Assembly (NCBI RefSeq): GCF_006345805.1
Contig: NC_043001.1
Coordinates: forward strand, 50,778,001 to 50,842,000
Direction: 5' to 3'
Source: Octopus sinensis
Lineage: Eukaryota
DNA length: 64,000 bases
Made by a program: the position numbers and the translations under genes. The notes below the pieces were generated by a model. It saw nothing but the letters and a program-made list of their open reading frames with translations. It made no database searches and was not told the DNA's origin. Positions 53,075 to 64,000 of the stretch are shown piece by piece. The stretch's first letter is position 1. Every line of letters begins with the position of its first letter.

Positions 53075-53913
53075 ATCTTTTCCTTTTGAACGGCAGTTTT
53101 CAACACTATTTCTAGTTAACTAAACACTTTTAAACTTCGTATACTGGTAGAATGTGTTTATAAAACATCATTTTTTCTTGGCATTATTGAGAAAATTCTA
53201 TAGTTTGTAAGATATTTCCACTTTAAAATCGAGCATTTCGGCAATTTTAACCAATTGCTGTAGTCCATTTGGGGTGAAAACATTCCGTGCTGTATGAATA
53301 TGTCCCTCCTTTTAAGAAACAGATTAGGTTTATTTACATTTGCGAAGAAAAAAAGATACCCTTCCCCCACCCCTAACCCTAACCACACCCCTAACCCTAA
53401 CCCCACCCCTAACCTTAACCCTAACTAACCCTAACCCTAAAACATATTGAAATGCAATAGATCGATACTAGGGTTATAATTATGGGTGACAAATTCATAC
53501 GACACTGCTACGGAAAATGGGATTTTTTTCTAGCGGTGTCAAATGAAAATGTCACCCATAATTATAACCCTAGTATCGATCTATTGCATTTCAATCTGTT
53601 TTAGGGTTAGGGTTAGGGGTGGGGGAAGGGTATCTTTTTTTCTTCGCAAATGTAAATAAACCTAATCTGTTTCTTAAAGGAGGGACATATTCATACAGCA
53701 CGGAATGTTTTCACCCCAAATGAACTACAGCGATTGGTTAAAATTGCCGAAATTCTCGATTTTAAAGTGGAAATATCTTACAAACTATAGAATTTTCTCA
53801 GTAAAGCCAAGAAAAAATGATGTTTTATAAACACATTCTAGCAGTATACGAAGTTTAAAAGTGTTTAGTTAACTAGAAATTGTGTTGAAAACTGCCGTTC
53901 AAAAAGAAAAGAT
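53075..53913. mobile_element. Fold-back element with about 400-bp arms and internal telomere-like repeats
   Basis: Arms about 95% complementary. (CCCTAA)n variants at about 53364-53440 and (TTAGGG)n at about 53601-53625; spacer near 53520; possible direct repeat ctctttactct at 53058-53068 and 53916-53926. Confidence 0.8.
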
Positions 53914-53926
53914 GCCTCTTTACTCT

Positions 53927-54088
53927 CTCTTTTACTTGTTTCAGTCATTTGACTGTGGCCATGCTGGAGCACTGCCTTTAGTCGAGCAAATCTTATTCTA
54001 TCGGCCTCTTTTGCCGAACCACTAAGTTATGGGGACATAAACACACCAGCATCGGTTGTCAAGCGATGTTGGAGGGACAAACACAGAT

Positions 54089-54128
<40 letters not shown>

Positions 54129-54300
54129 CACACACACATATATATGACAGGCTTCTTTTCAGTTTCCGTCTACCAAATCCACTCACAAGGATTTGATTAG
54201 CCTGGGGGTAAAGTAGAAGGTATTTGCCTGAAGTGCTGCACAGTGGTACCATACTTGAAACTATGTGGTTGGGAAGCAAGCATTTTATTACACTGTGACA
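53927..54300 (-). mobile_element. SINE, near full length
   Basis: ttttacttgtttcagtcatttgactgtggccatgctggagc...ggttgggaagcaagc. Confidence 0.8.
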
Positions 54301-54306
54301 TCTGTG

Positions 54307-54344
<38 letters not shown>

Positions 54345-54384
54345 TGCATATACATACATATATATATATATATATATACATACC

Positions 54385-54745
<361 letters not shown>

Positions 54746-54940
54746 ATATTTCAAAAATTTAATAAAACCTCAACAAACAGAAAATTTTACAAAAACATAG
54801 CAAGCAGAAAATTTGTAACCAATTCTTCATCAATGTTCAAAAGATCCTTTCAATTTCATGCCTTTAAAGTTGATATTGTTCACTTTTGGTGGTGCTAACG
54901 GTGAAAAGCAACTGGGTATAGCTAAAAGTGGCAGTTCCAA

Positions 54941-55658
54941 AGAGGACGATGTTACTGTTGTTTTTAGCCCCAGGAAGACATCTCCTCCAGCTGGCTAACA
55001 ACACAGTCTGTGTCTTATTAGTATTTGTGAGGGGAGGTCATCGCTCCCATCTCTAGCCTTACATGATAAACTGAGACCCGGGTTTCTGGGTAGTTACCCA
55101 TCTTAAGTGTGTGATAATCACCAGTTAGTAATGAAAACTCATTCCACTCACAAAATACTAAATGCTTTTTCCAGCGTCAAACTGTCGCTGATCTCGATAA
55201 AGGAGAAATAAGCTATATTAAGTCTTTGAGTGAGAGGTAAACAGTAACAGTATGGAATTGTAAAATATATTTTCCAACAAAAAATATTAACATCATCCTC
55301 TATGGGACTGCCACATTTAGTTCGCAAATATATTTTACGATTCTGTACTGCTACTGTTTATATCACACTCAGAGATTTAATGTAGCTTATTTCTCCTTTT
55401 CGAGATCAGTGACAGTTTGTCGCTGGAAAAAGTATATAGTATTTTGCGAGTGGATTGAGTTTTCATCACTAACTGGTGAATATCACACACTAAAGATGGG
55501 TAACTACCCAGAAACCTGAGTCTCAGTGTACCATGTAAGGCTAGAGATGGGAGTGATGACCTCCCCTTACACATACTAATCGGAAACAGACAGTATGTTG
55601 TCAGCCAGCTGGATAAGATGTCTTCCTGGGTCTAAAAATAACGGTAACATTGTCCTCT
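54941..55658. mobile_element. Imperfect fold-back/MITE (arms about 330 bp, about 85% complementary)
   Basis: agaggacgatgttactgttg...ctgggtagttacccatc pairs with gatgggtaactacccag...aacggtaacattgtcctct. A fragment also occurs at about 56326-56340. Confidence 0.75.
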
Positions 55659-55694
55659 ATGTGACTGCCACATTTAGTTGGCAAATATATTTTA

Positions 55695-55740
<46 letters not shown>

Positions 55741-55824
55741 TATATATATATAAATATATGTATATATATATATGTATGTATATATATATATTATATATAT
55801 ATTATATATATATATACACATATA

Positions 55825-55921
<97 letters not shown>

Positions 55922-56499
55922 GTGTATATATATACTCTCACATACCTACCACAACCCTATACCTGAGTTTCTTCGGTATTTCATTCCTTCATTTGTCTCA
56001 GTCACCTCTATCCTATAAATATATATCTATGTATATGTATAGATGTGTGTGTGTGTGTGCATGCATGTGCATCATCTCCATCATTTAATGTCCCTGTCCC
56101 ATGCTGGCATGAATTGGATAGATTGAGAGGATCTGATGCATCAAAGGGCTGCATTATGCCCCAATGCTTGCCTGCATACTTATATCTCTCGTTTTCACAC
56201 TCTCTCTCTCTCTCTCTCTCTCTATCTGTTTGCCAAGCTCTCATGTAGTTTTTGTCTACCTAAATTTCATGCACAAGGCATTTGTCAGTGTGAGGCTATC
56301 ATAGAAGCTGAAGATGGGTAACTACCCAGAGACCCGGATCTCTTCAGTATGAATTATTATTTGCTATTTCTATATAAACACAACATGAAAATAATATGTG
56401 GCTTGGTATAAAAAATAAACTATCTTTTGTTCTGATCTTCAATATGTACTTTAAATGAACTTTTTTCAGAAATCGTACAACATATATAAAACACCCGAA

Positions 56500-57250
56500 A
56501 GAAAATTTTTTTTGCTGGTGATTACGTAGTTTATGCTTAGAAAAGGGGAGAAAACGGTCGTTAAATGAGAGGGAAAATTATTTTCCAGACATTTAGGTGT
56601 TGTTTCTAGCATATCGGGCTTTCTGGCGGTGGTGGTAGTATATTTTTTCGTCTGCGTGTAACAGCAGTCAAAAGTAAAACACATGGAATTTTTATCTTTT
56701 TGAAAGTCGGGAGGTGTGTGCTTGTGTGTGGGTGGGGATACAGGCGAATACGGTATTTTTTAAGAAAATTTTTTTAAAAAAATGTTTTTAGGTTTGTAAT
56801 CTCCGTTTTTTTTTTCTGCGTGGATTAGAAAAAAAAATAAAAAAGAGTATTTCGAAATAAGTGAAAACTTAAAAAATTAGGTTGCGGAGAGGGGAAATTA
56901 AAATTGTGAAACGTGCACTTTTTGCAAAACCGTAATCTATATTGAAAACATGGGAATCCGAAGAATTAAAAAAAAACAAAAAAAAAAAACATAAGTGGGT
57001 GGGGTGCTTACACTTTATCTTCGTCACATTCTAGTGTGGGCACGCGCACACATATATGTTAGAAGGTAGTTTGTTATGGACAGTCAGAGAGTGACAATTG
57101 GTTTCGCTCCTATAAGGCGATTACCTGAAATAGCTGGAAGTACATAAGCTCTCAACAAGTGGAACGAAAGCCTACCGATACTGTCTTAGGCGAGGCAGAA
57201 TTATCCTCCTTACATCGGTTCAATCCTTGTGTGTGTATCCCAAACTGACA
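56500..57250. promoter_or_regulatory. Second CpG-retaining, TE-free region; candidate promoter or first exon
   Basis: CG-rich unique sequence; candidate minus-strand donor tttcag|gtaatc near 57126 and plus-strand gag|gtgtgt near 56713. No direct TSS evidence. Confidence 0.3.
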
Positions 57251-58204
57251 CCCCACCCTGACATCCCCACACCCCAACACCGCCACATCATACCACACAC
57301 CACCACACCACATCACACCACCCCACACCACTCCGCACACATTAGCACTGACCACTTACCAGCACCCACACCATCATCCACACACCCACACATTACAGAC
57401 GCACACACACACACGCACACACGCACACATCTACACGTCAAAGTCATCAGCCCCTATCCACACGCACACACACACTAATATATACACATACGCACGCGCA
57501 CCTTCGTTTTGGGACCACTGATACTTTATTATCACCCTTTCTTCCTAGCTCTCCTGTCTAACTACCTTTGTTCTACCAGTCGCCATGATTGACTGCTAAC
57601 TCTAAAAGCTTTTCCTATTTTCTAATGTTCTTGTCTGTTGAAACGTAAAAGACTTTATCACCTTCCCGAGCGTCAAACTAATACACCTGCTTCTAGGCTT
57701 AGGCTTTCCACGCGTGTGAAAAATAAAAAAAGAAAGAATAAATGGAGTCAAAAGTAAGAGTTCGATGCTATCACATCGAAATCAAACATCTACTTATGTG
57801 CATATTTTAGACGTGTATATGAATATGATTGTGCGCGTATAGGTATGTGCACGTGTGCGTATAGGTATGTGCAGATATGTATATGTGTACATGTATGGTT
57901 GCATATATATGTGCATATATAGGCGTATGTGTGGGTGTGCATGTATGTGTTTCACGCGAGTGTGAGTGAGCATATGCATATAGGCACATGTACGTGGGTG
58001 TACGTGCGCGCATGTGTATGTATGTACATGCACGCATACGCGATTTCTATGGCATTTTTACTTTTTTACCTTTTTATTTACTCCCCTTCAGTTATTTCCC
58101 CTTACTTAACGGTCATTCTAATAGCTCTTTTGTCTTAATAGCGGTCAATCACATAGTAATTTCCCCTTGTTTAACGGTCATTTTCATAGCATTTTTTGAT
58201 TGCC

Positions 58205-58267
58205 TTGATAACTGACGAGACGCCGGAGCAGATTTCCGCCCGACATCCGAAACTCGGAGTTTTATTA
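58205..58267 (+). ncRNA. Degenerate type I hammerhead ribozyme
   Basis: tgataa-CTGACGA-gacgccgg...ccgacatcc-GAAAC-tcgga-GT-ttatta. The core is intact; stem II has two C-A mismatches, and the stem I/cleavage-site register is off by one nt. Confidence 0.45.
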
Positions 58268-58387
58268 TGACAACTGAATAATTGTCACATGCTTTATTAC
58301 AGATAAATTCCTCTATTTACATAATATCGAAGTCTCATTTATTCTTTTGTTGTCATACCATTACTATTAATATATATATATATATAT

Positions 58388-59045
58388 AGCAATAATAATT
58401 CTCTAAATGAGATATAGACAGTGACTGCTCCGTAATATAAGGGATATTAGCCAACCGAATATGGCTAGGGACAGGGCAGGGTGGTGGGGGTGTCACTGTT
58501 GCATTTAGCCCCAGGCGAACATCAACGTCACCAGATAGGCCTGACGCCATCACGGCGTCCTCTATCTTGCAAAGGGAGATCATCCACCAAGAAGCAGATA
58601 CCACACACGGACCTAGGTATCAAGGTGTATTGCCTATTATCAACGTGTGGTAGGCATCGCTTAGCCATATTCGGTTGGCTAATATCCCTTATATTACGGA
58701 GCAGTCACTGTCTATATCTCATTTAGAGAATTATTATTGCTGTCGAACAGATTTTCGAAATCAGTAAATGTATTTACTTGAAAATCCTTATATATATCTT
58801 GCATAGTTGGTCGTTCATCGAGAAGCGATGCCTACCACACGTTGATAATAGGCAATACACCTTGAAACCTAGGTCCGTGTGTGGTATCTGCTTCTTGGTG
58901 GATGATCTCCCTTTGCAAGATAGAGGACGCCGTGATGGCGTCAGGCCTATCTGGTGACGTTGATGTTCGCCTGGGGCTAAATGCAACAGTGACACCCCCA
59001 CCACCCTGCCCTGTCCCTAGCCATATTCGGTTGGCTAATATCCCT

Positions 59046-59050
<5 letters not shown>
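58388..59050. mobile_element. TIR element (80-bp perfect TIRs) plus a nearby inverted near-identical partial copy
   Basis: 58388-58467 = revcomp 58662-58741; 58435-58662 = revcomp 58823-59050 with one mismatch. Confidence 0.8.
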
Positions 59051-59090
<40 letters not shown>

Positions 59091-59091
59091 A

Positions 59092-59141
<50 letters not shown>

Positions 59142-59491
59142 ATTATATATATATATATATATATTTCAATAGGTGAATGAATTATCCTATGTTTATCGTC
59201 AGCATGGAAAATTCGTTGAACCGATACCAGGGTAGCAAATTCGTGTCAGAAACATTTGTTAACAGAATTTTGGTAACAGAATTTCGTTAACATCTTCGTT
59301 CGACTCCATTCTTTCATTTATATATATATTATATATATATTATATAATATATATATATATATATATATACGATGCTATGTAAAGCTTCACTGAAATATAT
59401 ACCGGCAAAGATGTATGCGGGCAGCGAACATAAACATTTTTTGTCTTACGTCAAGGCAAAACATCGTAAAAATGAATAACTCAGAATTGAT

Positions 59492-59567
59492 AATCTAGGA
59501 CTCGAGTTTCGGACTTTACAAAACACGGTTGTTATCGTAAATTTGATTAGTCCTCATTAGCTAGATT
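59492..59567 (-). ncRNA. Minimal type I hammerhead ribozyme with a G5A core change
   Basis: Minus strand aatctag-CUAAUGA-ggact-(33 nt)-agtcc-GAAAC-UCGA-GUC-ctagatt: perfect 7-bp stem I, 5-bp stem II, palindromic ACUCGAGU stem III, GUC triplet. Confidence 0.8.
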
Positions 59568-59679
59568 CACATGTGACGAAATTTTAAAATATCGCTACAT
59601 CTTGTCAGTATGTTTGGTTGAGCGCCTAGCTGTTAACAACCGAGATCACTGAAAAAGTTTTCTATAAAAATTCTAGATA

Positions 59680-59860
59680 TCATTACATACATACATGCAT
59701 ACATACATACATACATACATGCATACATACATACATACATACATACATGCATAACACATACATACATGCATAATACATACATACATAGATACATACATAC
59801 ATACATACATACATACATACATACATACATACATACATACATACATACGTACATACACAC
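59680..59860. repeat. (TACA)n microsatellite
   Basis: Directly visible; a second tract lies at about 62115-62185. Confidence 0.95.
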
Positions 59861-60129
59861 ATATATAGTACAGGACAATCAGTAAATTGTCATAATAGAA
59901 CTCAGAGTTTCAAATGCCGAAGCAAAAAGGGAAGTTACTCTAATAGGTATGATAAAATATAAAGGATATAAAATATAAAAAAAATAAAAATTAAAAAAAA
60001 TAAAAATTTAAAAAAAATACACGCATCCACATTCTCACCATAGAAAAAAACCTGCGTTCGTAAAATCTGCATACGTACACACTGTGAGTGTGTACGTATG
60101 TAGGAAGTCCAACGATAGATTTAGTTATA

Positions 60130-60900
60130 TTAATGTAGGTTCCTGCCACCCACCTCATAGTGTTTAAGAATTTAGTTAAGAATATTAGTGGGAGAATATC
60201 TAGCCTCTCCTCCGATATAGACATATTTAATAATGTTGCCCCATTATATAATAAAGCTCTTAAAGATAATCGATTTAACGAAGAAACAGCTTATACACCT
60301 GTTATTAGTCCAGAAATAAAGAAAAGAAAACATAGACACAGGAAAATGATCTGGTTCACACCCCGCTTACTCCTCCGAAGTGACCTTTAATACTTCTTGT
60401 CACTTATAGAAAGGCACTTTCCAATAAATCATAGATATAGGAAATTTTTAATAGCCATAACCTAAAAATTAGTTTTAGTTCAACCACAAATTTTAAAAAT
60501 ATAATTGCACATAACACACACACACACACAAAAACAACAACAACACAAAGCCAGCTGTTCCCGCAGAGATAAAGACTTGTGCCCGCTAAATGGAGCCTGT
60601 ATGACCGAGACCATTATTTATGAAGCCACCGTGGAGTCTACGACCGCTAAGGACACAGCTCCGTCAAAGAAATATGTGGGTCTTACAGGGGGAAATTTTG
60701 AAGCTAGGTTCAATAACCACACCTTAAGCTTCAGACCCTGGGATAAAAGAAAAACAGCCAAATTAATATATGGTTCTTAAAAGAACAAGGTATCAGCTAT
60801 AAGATTCAGTGGGAAGTGCGGTTTTTGTGATATGGAAAGATGGTTCATCTAGAGAAGTTCCTTAAACCCCGCTACATGTCTAAATTCAAGAACTGAACTT
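60130..60900 (+). mobile_element. Penelope-like element remnant (RT C-terminus and GIY-YIG endonuclease)
   Basis: NISGRISSLSSDIDIFNNVAPLYNKALK...RKMIWFTP, then CPLNGACMTETIIYEATV...KYVGLTGGNFEARFNNHTLSF (GIY-YIG-like), ending LNSRTEL..SCP; frameshifted. Confidence 0.8.
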
Positions 60901-61136
60901 TTTGGATCATGTCCACGTATGACAAAATACTTGTTACGGTTTTGGACCACCAAGATCACGGATAGAACCTCCTTTTTTATGTCCCTGAGCAAGCCTTCCA
61001 TTTGTCTTAACACTTTTTATTGTTTTATATATATATATATACATATATTTCATTTTTTCCATTTTTAATTGTGTGATTGTATACGCGTGTGAGTATAAGT
61101 ATATATATAAGTATATATTAAATGCGTATGTTTGTG

Positions 61137-61203
61137 CGTCTGTATATATGTGTACGTGTGTATGTATATGAGTGTAAGACTTATCCGGTGCATAAGGGCG
61201 ACT
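61137..61203. repeat. 67-bp segment duplicated exactly at 63719-63785
   Basis: cgtctgtatatatgtgtacgtgtgtatgtatatgagtgtaagacttatccggtgcataagggcgact is identical at both sites. Confidence 0.95.
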
Positions 61204-62869
61204 GTCATGCACATGTCTGCTTCCTTTATACGTATATACATGTACATACGTTTGTATATCTGCTGTTGTAGGTGTGTTGATTGATAGGGGGGTGTGTATA
61301 TGTATATATATGTACCTCTATACATATGTACATATATGCGTATTCATGTATGTGGCGAGTGCGAATATATGCCTGTACAAGTGTGTATATACTATTATAT
61401 ATAATTTATATATTTTCTGAATATGGCAGTACGATGATTGATAATTCCGGGTAAATTTCAGTGTTATAGTGGGGTCCTGGTTCGGCATTCCAGGTTTTTT
61501 GAGCAATGTGGAACCATCTCTTACCCACTATTGTTTCCATGATTATACTGATCTGGAGTTGTAGCACCTTTTAGGGTCCCAGCTAGGGGCAAATAAGTAA
61601 GTTGGTCGGGAAGATGGTGTTCGTTAGCTTGGAGTGGGGTGACCCATCTAGGGAAAGAAAATCTTGATTTCTCCGCAGCTTTGCGATCATACGCAACCAT
61701 GGGAAGCGCTTCGGGAGGAAAATCTGAGAAAAAAAAACTGGAGTTAGAACCCCTGTCTAGAACTTATTTTTGGCAACTCCTGTGACGATGATGGGGCCAA
61801 ATCGTAATGGCCGTGCTGATCTTTTTGGATCCATCATGAGGTATAGCCTGTTCTCTGTGCCATACTACCTAGGTTTTAGGTCCTATCGAACGCCTCGATG
61901 AATGCAGCGGAAGAGAGGCAGATCGCTAGAAACGAACACTACAACTTAAACAGCAACACGACAACCCACAAGTGCGAGTTGTGTGACGGAGACTGCTGTT
62001 GGCGCACTTCATCCATGGTCAATAATGACAGACGGAAGCCATAGATTAGATCTTCAGCAAGTACAGCATATACGTGTACGTTCAGAAAACAACATACACA
62101 CACATACATACTTAGATACATACATACATACATACATACATACATACATACATACATACATACATACATACATACATACATACATGCAAAAAATACCCTG
62201 TTGATGATGTTGAAATTCCAATGAAGATGCCTTAGATCTAGGTTAGAAACCAGCTCCTTCTCTATTGGCAAGAAATCTTGAAATAAATCTGAACAATGAC
62301 ATACATATGGGATCCTTTCAAAAGAGTGACGTATCAGAAGAGTGACATAACATATTTTAAGTTATTATTTTATTTTGCTTTTATGTTTATATGTCAATCC
62401 TAAGTTAGAGCCCCGAGGGTTTGTATTCTGTCTGATAAAAAGATTTACACACATCAGTATAAAAGTAGTTTAAAAAAAAAATCATATAATAATACTTAAA
62501 AACCCTTTTTTTAAAAAAAGAATATACAGTTGAATAATATGTAAACATAAAATATCCTCCAAAAATACTTATAACCTTTATTTAAAAAAAAAATCTACAA
62601 TTGAATAATACGTAAACATACTACTGCGTGAACCAAAATCTAAATTGTGAGCAATTCCTCTGATATATTCATTTAAAGAGACGGTTCCCTATCTACCTAA
62701 AACTGTTGCAGGACTATTTTCTCTTTGAATTTCTCCTCTCTTCTTTTTTCTCGAATTAATCCCTGAAATTAAACGCTGTACCTCTTGGTCTGTGTGATGA
62801 TTTTTTTATGAACTCACTCATCATCGATTATACTCGTTCGAGTATAATCGATGATGGTATCGATTATCG

Positions 62870-64000
62870 TTCGACAACTGTTTCAAATCTCATGTGCCAA
62901 GCCTCTACACCATTGTTCGTCCTTGGGAGATTGTACGCCTTCAAGTGATAAATAACTGCTCCACACAGTTGGATCAAATCGTGGGGGATAACGTACTTGG
63001 TTTTGTCGTATTCTTCCTCTACTTCGTGAAACTATGGGTCTACCTAGCACATAGGCATCACCAAAATATTTATAAACTGGTTCAGCTTAATTTGGAATGT
63101 TATCCGAGAGATCTAAATATGCATCGTAATCTTAAGGCTAACCTCATTATTTTCATTATGCATCAACAAGGCCGTTCTTTTGAATACTTAGGTAAATACT
63201 TTGACATAAGTGAAAAAGCATCCCGATATTCTAACTTCAGGAGGGCTTTGATGTTAGACAACTCAAAATCTACTACAATGAATGTTGGGTTTAACCGAAT
63301 TCCTTTTGCTTCTGCAACCGAAAGTGTTCTACCATTGATGAATATATACGTGCTGTTTTTCCAGTCAGCAACACGTAAATAGCTGGGAAAATTTGCTCTT
63401 CGAACCTGTAATGAACACTATATAACTGATAGAAAAGTCGTGGACAAGTTTTAAATGTTCCATCTAAAAGCCAGATATCAGAGTCGGCTAATCTTCGTAA
63501 ATAATCTTCATTACCGAAAGATATAATTCTCTCATGGAGCTCGTCCTTTTCCTAGTCCTCACCCTTTTCGATTCGTTCATTCAAAGTGTCGCTGTCTATC
63601 TTCGTGTCAAACAAAAGCAAGTTTCTTTCCCCACTTTGCGTGACCTTTAAGTTCTTTGGGATTATCAAATCTATCGCAGAATTTGATTCCACTGGAAATT
63701 CATTTTTACGAATTTTTACGTCTGTATATATGTGTACGTGTGTATGTATATGAGTGTAAGACTTATCCGGTGCATAAGGGCGACTAGCTAATGTATTTGG
63801 CATTTCAACGGCATCGTTTTATATCTAGTTTCTGTTGAGTTTCCTGCATAATTGCCGCTGGTGTAGAATTTGTGGCTCTAGCCTCACTTTTCAATTCATC
63901 AAGAGCTTGTATTACTTCTTTTCTCCCTGCCAGCAGTGCATGATTTTGTACCTTTCCCTCGGATATACAGCCACCATGTGCATTAAAAAGTGGAATTCCA
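62870..64000 (-). mobile_element. Mutator-like (MULE) transposase pseudogene, running off the window end
   Basis: Minus strand IWLLDGTFKTCPRLFYQLYSVH...FPAIYVLLTGKT (DGTFK at 63464-63450) and RTNNGVEAWHMRF (about 62920-62885); stops, frameshifts and a 67-bp insertion. Confidence 0.85.

Noticed and set aside
53364-53625. Telomere-telomere fusion site
   Set aside because: The order is (CCCTAA)n then (TTAGGG)n, the opposite of a fusion; the tracts are short and embedded in the arms of a fold-back element.
62215-62270. Possible hammerhead (atgaaga...gaaacc)
   Set aside because: Core C3 is missing, there is no stem I pairing and no NUH triplet in register.
62894-63382. 162-aa plus-strand ORF
   Set aside because: It is antisense to the MULE transposase remnant.

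Overview
AT-rich, microsatellite- and TE-dense animal genomic DNA, most likely an octopus (inferred from tRNA-derived and RTE-tailed SINE families, RTE/CR1/Penelope fragments, mariners and long (TA)n tracts). One well-supported protein gene is present on the + strand: 5 coding exons (25636-28330, 33245-33444, 34184-34273, 35235-35346, 36612-36967; 3453 nt, 1150 aa). It encodes a long low-complexity N-terminus and about six C-terminal ankyrin repeats of the nuclear IkB (BCL3/IkB-zeta/IkBNS) type. The N-terminus holds about 34 in-register decapeptide units, including 19 consecutive Ser-Pro motifs. The main hidden structures found by reading the sequence are: (1) minimal type I hammerhead ribozymes, including a 262-nt-period tandem retrozyme-like element at 9.1-9.4 kb, a near-canonical ribozyme at 59.5 kb and a degenerate one at 58.2 kb, with a Penelope RT/GIY-YIG remnant nearby; (2) templated insertions copied from neighbouring DNA (a three-piece 1.3-kb chimera at 47.9-49.2 kb and a 67-bp insert in a MULE transposase); (3) perfect large palindromes (70-bp and 187-bp arms) and fold-back elements, one carrying telomeric repeats; (4) a pre-miRNA-like hairpin; (5) a candidate divergent small-exon gene at 7.3-8.4 kb; (6) a CpG-depleted domain at about 10.9-52.2 kb. 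All matches were made by eye; no database searches or folding programs were run, and some duplications could be assembly artefacts.
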